Under the pieces are notes generated by a model that had not been told where the DNA came from, searched no databases, and was given only the letters and a program-made list of their open reading frames with translations. From assembly GCA_040776965.1 (NCBI GenBank), contig JAXGZO010000001.1, positions 1,062,275 to 1,126,274 on the forward strand: 64,000 nucleotides of DNA, written 5' to 3'. Numbering within the stretch: position 1 is the stretch's first letter; each line of letters opens with the position of its first letter. Below are positions 58,214-64,000 of this stretch, one piece after another. Origin of the DNA: Thermoleophilia bacterium (GTDB taxonomy: Bacteria > Actinomycetota > Thermoleophilia > UBA2241). A program made the translations under genes and the position numbers.

Positions 58214-60751
58214 ATGCACCCACCGGCTCTACGTGCCGCACAGCCACTTGCTCCACAACGTTTCTTCGGAGACGTGTGGAGCAGGCGAGCACTTCTGCGC
58301 CTCCTGCGCGCGGAGCACCCCGGTGTGCGGTTCAGCGCACAGCGCTCCTGGACCTCCGCACCGCGACCCCGAAGCGGCACCGTAGGGGCGTGGTGGTGGT
58401 CGGGGAGCGAAGATGAACTTCGCGAGCGAGCAAACGAGATCCTCCTCCACCTCGTCTATCCGCTCGTGGCTGGGGGGTACCGGGGCTATTTCGCCGCCCC
58501 CTTCTCCGATGAGATGTTCACCCCGCGCCGCCTCACCGTGCAGGAGCGCGGGCTCCTCGACCTCGAAGACCTCGGCTCGCTCTGGGGGGTGAACGATACG
58601 GAACCGACGAGGCGCGCGCCATCCAACGGCCACTGGACCAGGGGGGCGGAGCGCGACCCCACCCCCCTCGCCCCGGCACAACGAGCCGCCGCCGAGCACG
58701 GCCATGGTCCAGCTCGCGTACTCGCCCCGGCCGGGGCCGGCAAAACCAAGACCATCGTCGCGCGCGTGCACCAGCTCCTCGCGCGAGGGATCGACCCGGG
58801 CGGCATCCTTGTCCTCGCCTTTAACCGTAAGGCGGCTGAGGAGTTCGAGGAGCGCCTTATGGCCTCGGGCGTGCCCACAACCCGTCGTCTGGCGCACTCG
58901 GGGCTGGCGTCATTGCGCGGCGGCGGCGGCCCCGGCGCCGTGCACTGTGCCACCTTCAACGCCTTCGGCTCCCGCTACCTGCGAGAGATCGTCGGCGACC
59001 GCGGCCGCCTCCAGACCGACGAGAGGTCGCAGCGGTCGCTCCTCGCCCAGGCCATCGCCGACGCCGGCTACGCACTGCACGCACCGGGCTCACCGCAGGG
59101 CAACACCCCCTTGAGCGGCTTTCTCGCCGCGCTCACAGCCGTGCGCTCGTCGCTCATCTCACCGGAGCACCTCACCATCCCCGTCGCCTCACCCGCCGAC
59201 CAACCCGTTATCGAGGTGCCCTTCTCCCCCATCCACGCGGCGTACCTCCGGCGGCAGCAGGTCGCAGGGTGCCGCTCCTTCGACGACCAAATCTACTTCA
59301 CCGTCGCCGACCTCCTCGCCTCGCCCACCAACCGGTGCGCGCTCCAGCGGCGGTTTCAGCACATCCTCGTCGACGAGTTTCAAGACCTCAACGGCGCCCA
59401 GCTCGCCCTCATCGACATCCTCTCGCGGCCCCATCGCAACCTCTTCGTGGTCGGCGACGACGACCAGCTCATCTACGGATGGCGCCGAGCCGAGATCGAA
59501 ACTATCTTGGGGTTTCACCGGCGCATGCCGCCGGAGCCCTTCTCCACCACCTACACACTGCCCATTAACTACCGCTGCGCCCGCAGCATCGTGGAGGCGT
59601 CCAGTCGACTCGTCGCCGCAAACACCCACCGGGAGCACAAGCCCATCCGGCCCCGCGAGGGCGCACCCGACGGCGCGGTCCACTTCGTGGGCGCGCCCAC
59701 GTGGCCCGAGCGCGCCGAGGCCGTGCAGTCGTTTGTGCAGACGGAGAGGTCGCGCTTGGGCTGCGCGTGGCGCGACCTCGCCGTGCTGTGCCGTTACCGC
59801 TCGCAGCAGCTCCCCATCGCGCTCGCCCTCGACGAGGCCAGTGTGCCCCGCAGCCGCACGCTCGGCTGCCGCATCTTCACCCACCCCTCCTCGCTACTCC
59901 TGCGCGCCCACCTGGCACTCCTGCGCGACCCGCACCACGCCAGCGGCGACCACGTCCAGCGCGCGGCCGCTCACGCGAAGCACCCTACACACCGCAACGA
60001 CTTAGTACGGGTGCGCGAGTCCTCCTCGCCTTGGCGCACGCTCCTCGCGCTCGCCGAGAGCACCGACCCCGCTCGCTCACGGCCCTTCTCAACAATCCAG
60101 CAGCAGACCTCGGCGCTCACGGCCACGCTCGCCGAGCTCCCCCAGTGCACCGCCTCCGACCTCATCTGGACGGCCATCGACGGCTTCGAGCTTGAGGCGT
60201 CGTGGGAGGGGCCCCAAGGGGGAAGCGACGAGGGCGGAGCGCTCGAGGTCCTCGACGCCCTTCTGCGCGTGGCGGAGAGCTTCCCCGACCCAGCCTCCTA
60301 CCTCGCCACCTGGGATCGCCTCCTCGCCGAGGAGAAGGAGGAGGCGAGCGGGCGAGCGGTTCAAGCGGAGCGCGAGGACCGCGTCGCCATCGGCACGATC
60401 CACGCCGCTAAAGGCCGCGAATACCACGCAGTGGTGCTCCCCGACTACGACTGCGACCTCACGAGGCTCACGCCGGCGCAGATCGAAGAGGAGCGCCGCG
60501 TGGTGTACGTCGGCGTCACCCGAGCCCGCCACAGCGCCCTGCTCACCCTCGACACCTCGCAGCCGTACCGCCACCCCTTCTTGCGCGAGCTCATCGAGCC
60601 ACCGGAGCCCAGCGAACCCGGCGAGCGCTCAAAGGCGGGGCGAAGAGAACGCCTCACGGCCACCCTCCAGCCGGCGGATCACCGTACCCCCGAGGAGCGA
60701 CTCGCGCTCCTCGAACTGCTCTACCCGGAGCTCTTCGCCGAGGAGCCGTGA
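58214..60751 (+). CDS. UvrD/Rep-family SF1 DNA helicase (second, divergent paralog)
   Basis: Walker A LAPAGAGKTKTI, Walker B FQHILVDEFQDLN, motif VVGDDDQLIYGWR, and C-terminal GTIHAAKGREY...VYVGVTRAR. The start was set at MHPPALR. Confidence 0.8.
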   Translation: MHPPALRAAQPLAPQRFFGDVWSRRALLRLLRAEHPGVRFSAQRSWTSAPRPRSGTVGAWWWSGSEDELRERANEILLHLVYPLVAGGYRGYFAAPFSDEMFTPRRLTVQERGLLDLEDLGSLWGVNDTEPTRRAPSNGHWTRGAERDPTPLAPAQRAAAEHGHGPARVLAPAGAGKTKTIVARVHQLLARGIDPGGILVLAFNRKAAEEFEERLMASGVPTTRRLAHSGLASLRGGGGPGAVHCATFNAFGSRYLREIVGDRGRLQTDERSQRSLLAQAIADAGYALHAPGSPQGNTPLSGFLAALTAVRSSLISPEHLTIPVASPADQPVIEVPFSPIHAAYLRRQQVAGCRSFDDQIYFTVADLLASPTNRCALQRRFQHILVDEFQDLNGAQLALIDILSRPHRNLFVVGDDDQLIYGWRRAEIETILGFHRRMPPEPFSTTYTLPINYRCARSIVEASSRLVAANTHREHKPIRPREGAPDGAVHFVGAPTWPERAEAVQSFVQTERSRLGCAWRDLAVLCRYRSQQLPIALALDEASVPRSRTLGCRIFTHPSSLLLRAHLALLRDPHHASGDHVQRAAAHAKHPTHRNDLVRVRESSSPWRTLLALAESTDPARSRPFSTIQQQTSALTATLAELPQCTASDLIWTAIDGFELEASWEGPQGGSDEGGALEVLDALLRVAESFPDPASYLATWDRLLAEEKEEASGRAVQAEREDRVAIGTIHAAKGREYHAVVLPDYDCDLTRLTPAQIEEERRVVYVGVTRARHSALLTLDTSQPYRHPFLRELIEPPEPSEPGERSKAGRRERLTATLQPADHRTPEERLALLELLYPELFAEEP

Positions 60752-60806
60752 GCCAGCGAGGGCTACCCCGGCCGCCGTGCGGCTCACGAGGCGAGGGCGC
60801 AGCGCC

Positions 60807-62141
60807 TCACAGCGGCTCCGGCGAGGCGTCGGCCGCCGCCTCGGGCGCTGCGACCTCGTCGTCGTCCGCCACCTCAAGTACTCCGGCGGCGAACACCTCA
60901 ACGGCCTCGTGCTCCGGCAGCTGCTCCACCGAGCGCAACTTGCGCTCCATGGCGCGCGTGCGCACCCCCGTCTTCTCGATGCTTCGGCTCGCCGTCTCCA
61001 GCTGGCGCTTGACCGTTAAGAGCACCTCGCCGAACTTCGCGAACTCGGTTTTAACCGCGGCGAGCACCCGCCACACCTCGTCGGCCCGCCGCTCAATGGC
61101 GAGCGTCTGAAACCCCATGCGAAAGCTGCTGAGGAGGGCCGCGAGCGTGGTGGGGCCGGCGGGCACAACGCGGTACTGCCGCTGCAGCTCCTCTATGAGC
61201 GCGGGCTGCCTCACCACCTCGGCGTAGAGCCCCTCCGTCCCTAAAAACATGATCGCGAAGTCGGTCGTAAAGGGGGGCTTGATGTACTTACGCTGAATGT
61301 CCTGAGCGGCCACCCGCACCGCCCTCGCGAGGGACTCGGTGGCACGCTGTGCGGCCTCCGCGTCGCCGAGCTCGGCCGCCCCCTGCAGGCGCACGTAGTC
61401 CTCCTGCGGCAGCTTGGCGTCGATGGGGAGCCACACTCGGCCCTGTGGATCATCCTGTGCGCCGGGCAGGCGAACGGCGTACTCCACGACCTCGCGGGAG
61501 CCAGGCTCTACGTGGACGTTGCGCTCGAACTGCCAGGGCGCCAGCATCTCCTCGAGCAGGGAGCCGAGCTGCACCTCCGCCCACGTCCCCCTCGTTTTCA
61601 CGTTGGTGAGCACGCGCTTGAGGTCGCCGACGCCGACGGCCAGGCTCTGCATCTCGCCGAGACCTCTCTGCACCGACTCGAGCTGGTCGTTGACTATCTT
61701 AAAGGACTCGCCGAGCCGACGCTCGAGGGTCGTCTGGAGCTTCTCATCCACGGTCCGACGCATCTCCTCGAGCTTGCGTTCGTTGCCGCCCTGGAGCTCT
61801 TTAACCCGAAGGTCGAGCGTGTCGCGCAACCGCTCCAGCGAGACACGATTGGCGCTTGTGAGCTCAACAAGACTCCGGCTGACCCCGTCGAGCTGCGAAC
61901 GCTGCACCTCGGCCATGCCCTGCAGGGTCACCGCGAGCGTCTCGTTGCCCGCAGCCAAGCTGCGCGCGAGCTCCTGGCGGGACGCGCGCGCCGAGTTCGC
62001 CGCCTCCTCACGAGCGGCGGCGAGCTCGGCGCGGAGCGCCCGCTCCCCACCGCCGGAGAACGAACGGAGGAGCAGGATCACCAAGAGCACGGTGTCCACG
62101 ACGACCACGAGGAGAAGCGCCCAACTGACAGCTCCGTTCAT
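60807..62141 (-). CDS. rmuC: DNA recombination protein RmuC
   Basis: 444 aa: an N-terminal TM, a long coiled coil and a C-terminal RmuC nuclease-like domain. Confidence 0.75.
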   Translation of the reverse strand: MNGAVSWALLLVVVVDTVLLVILLLRSFSGGGERALRAELAAAREEAANSARASRQELARSLAAGNETLAVTLQGMAEVQRSQLDGVSRSLVELTSANRVSLERLRDTLDLRVKELQGGNERKLEEMRRTVDEKLQTTLERRLGESFKIVNDQLESVQRGLGEMQSLAVGVGDLKRVLTNVKTRGTWAEVQLGSLLEEMLAPWQFERNVHVEPGSREVVEYAVRLPGAQDDPQGRVWLPIDAKLPQEDYVRLQGAAELGDAEAAQRATESLARAVRVAAQDIQRKYIKPPFTTDFAIMFLGTEGLYAEVVRQPALIEELQRQYRVVPAGPTTLAALLSSFRMGFQTLAIERRADEVWRVLAAVKTEFAKFGEVLLTVKRQLETASRSIEKTGVRTRAMERKLRSVEQLPEHEAVEVFAAGVLEVADDDEVAAPEAAADASPEPL

Positions 62142-62166
62142 AGAGCAACCTCCGCACCCACGGGGT

Positions 62167-62733
62167 TTACCCGCCTAGTAGATGATCGACGAGGATCTTG
62201 AGGCCGATCGCGATGAGGATCAGGCCGCCGACGACTTCGACGCGCCGGCCGAACAAAGCACCGAACCGCCGGCCGAGGCGCACGCCGAGTACGGTAAAGC
62301 AAAACGCCACGACGCCGATGACCGCCGCGGGGTACCAGATCCCGACGTTGAGCAGCGCCAACGAAAGCCCAACGGCCAACGCATCGATACTCGTGGCGAC
62401 CGAGAGCACGAGGAGCGAGAGCCCCCGCGTTGGGTCCTTCTCGGCAGGCCCCTCCTCGCCTCCCCGCACCGCCTCGTAGATCATCTTACCGCCCACGGCG
62501 GCGAGCAAGAGGAAGGCAATCCAGTGGTCGATGGCCGAGAACCAGTGAGCCAGCGAACGCCCGGCCACCCAGCCGAGCACCGGCATGAGCGCCTGAAAGA
62601 GGCCGAAGTGCCACGCCAAGCGGAGGGTCGCGCGCACGCCGACGCGCGAGGAGCCGAGCCCGACGCCGATAGCGACGGCGAAGGCGTCCATCGCGAGACC
62701 CACAGCGATACCCAGGAGGACGATAAAGCTCAC
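62167..62733 (-). CDS. mntP: Manganese efflux pump MntP-family protein
   Basis: A 188-aa six-TM protein with an internal repeat, reading ...LAMDAFAVAIG...SIDALAVGLSL. Confidence 0.7.
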   Translation of the reverse strand: MSFIVLLGIAVGLAMDAFAVAIGVGLGSSRVGVRATLRLAWHFGLFQALMPVLGWVAGRSLAHWFSAIDHWIAFLLLAAVGGKMIYEAVRGGEEGPAEKDPTRGLSLLVLSVATSIDALAVGLSLALLNVGIWYPAAVIGVVAFCFTVLGVRLGRRFGALFGRRVEVVGGLILIAIGLKILVDHLLGG

Positions 62734-62800
62734 AGCGCGAGAGCACCCCCGCTCACAGCGCCTACCAGCACAAGCGCTCCATGCTCACGAGATCGGGCGA

Positions 62801-63925
62801 CTACACCAGCGCCGGCTGACAGCGCGCCGGGAGGCCGGCGAGCTCCGCCATAAGGCTCGAGACGGAGAGGATGCGGTCGACTCTGGAGGCCGTAACGCCG
62901 ACCGTATAGAGCGGCTCCTCGCTGCCGTCGCTACAGCCGGTCGCGCTCCAGAGGCCGCCACAGATGCAGAAGAAGCGCTCGTTGTCGTGCTTCGCGGCGC
63001 AGACGCTAAACCGCCCGTTTTGATCCTTGCCGAGCACGTACCCCAAGGTACACTTCGGCGCGCGACGCCGCGCGAGCGCCGACTGATACATGGGCGACTC
63101 GCGCAGCACGCGAAACGGCAGACCGCAGGGAGACCCCGGGTTGTCCGCCAGCACGATATCCTCCGGGCGAGCCCGAAGAACCGCTTGTTTGTATTCGTCT
63201 GAGGCGCTGCTCTCCTCGGTCGCGAGAAAGCGAGTACCCAACTGAACGCCATCTGCGCCGAGCGCGAGGAAGCGGCGAACGTCATCGTGTGTGTACACGC
63301 CACCGGCGACGATGACGGGAAAGTCGCCGTGGGCCTGCGCGAGCTCTTTGACTGGGGGGAGAAGCCGCTCGAGCGTGTTCTCGGCGAGCTCGACTTGATC
63401 CATGCGGAACCCCAAATGCCCGCCGGCGAGCGGCCCCTCGAGGACAACCGCATCGGGGCGGTAACGCGCTCGCTCCCACCGCCGGCAGATAAGCTTGAGA
63501 GCGCGGGCGGAGGAGACGATGGGGATAAGCGCCGTGTCGCCGGGCGCCTTGATCTCGGGGAGGTTGAGCGGAAGACCGGCGCCGGAGACGATCGCGTTGA
63601 CGCCAGCCTCGATAGCGCTGCGCACCGAGACCTCGTAGTCGCGCTGGAGGGCGACCATGATGTTGATGCCGGTGTACCCGCCCTCGACCTTCGCGGCCTC
63701 GACCTCGCTTCGCACGGCCTCGGCGGTACTGAACTTGCGCCCAAAGCGGGCACCGAGAATGCGGTCGAGGCAGACGCTCGAGATGAGCCCGAGCCCGCCG
63801 GTGCGGGCGACAGCACTGGCGAGCCGAGAGAGGGAAATACCGGCACCCATACCGCCCTGCACAATCGGCAGATCGATACGCATGCCCTTAATGAGCAGTG
63901 GGGGAAGCGCAAGGGTCTCGAACAT
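62801..63925 (-). CDS. Nitronate monooxygenase / NMO-family FMN oxidoreductase (FabK-like)
   Basis: Reads IDLPIVQGGMGAGISLSRLASAV...VVLEGPLAGGHLGF..., the 2-nitropropane dioxygenase family signature. Confidence 0.7.
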   Translation of the reverse strand: MFETLALPPLLIKGMRIDLPIVQGGMGAGISLSRLASAVARTGGLGLISSVCLDRILGARFGRKFSTAEAVRSEVEAAKVEGGYTGINIMVALQRDYEVSVRSAIEAGVNAIVSGAGLPLNLPEIKAPGDTALIPIVSSARALKLICRRWERARYRPDAVVLEGPLAGGHLGFRMDQVELAENTLERLLPPVKELAQAHGDFPVIVAGGVYTHDDVRRFLALGADGVQLGTRFLATEESSASDEYKQAVLRARPEDIVLADNPGSPCGLPFRVLRESPMYQSALARRRAPKCTLGYVLGKDQNGRFSVCAAKHDNERFFCICGGLWSATGCSDGSEEPLYTVGVTASRVDRILSVSSLMAELAGLPARCQPALV

Positions 63926-64000
63926 GGGGCAGGCCTCCTGAAGTACCGAGCAACTCTCCCGGAATGGGAACCGTACCCTTTCTCCCTCAACTCGGCAACT

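Overview
The window is high-GC, Actinobacteria-like chromosome (the dcw cluster has no ftsA; possibly Coriobacteriia). It holds three conserved housekeeping blocks and one clearly foreign segment.

Housekeeping blocks:
- 1-9.8 kb: lepA 5' end, murJ, rpsT, then holA-comEC-comEA and leuS.
- 25.4-43.7 kb: secDF, then a complete actinobacterial-type dcw cluster on the minus strand (mraZ-rsmH-ftsL-ftsI-murE-murF-mraY-murD-ftsW-murG-murC-ftsQ-ftsZ).
- 43.8-64 kb: LysM protein, pyrF, otsB, pcrA, a CymR-like rrf2-cysK-PP-loop-cysE operon, a fused double-WYL (PafBC-like) regulator, a GAF-PP2C phosphatase, a UvrD-like helicase, rmuC, mntP and an NMO-family oxidoreductase.

The most interesting part is a ~13 kb lower-GC island directly 3' of tRNA-Ala(GGC), at about 10.1-23.3 kb. 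It carries:
- a tightly packed three-gene operon: SNF2-family helicase, Type III Mod-like N6-adenine methyltransferase, Type III Res-like helicase-nuclease;
- a nested ~4 kb AT-rich cassette whose two ORFs form one 1311-codon reading frame interrupted by a single in-frame TGA. This looks like a STAND/P-loop NTPase, either pseudogenised or read through;
- a high-GC 3' remnant of a Type I hsdR gene that abuts the cassette.

No integrase, transposase, CRISPR array or rRNA was seen. Many long antisense ORFs in the track are high-GC artefacts.
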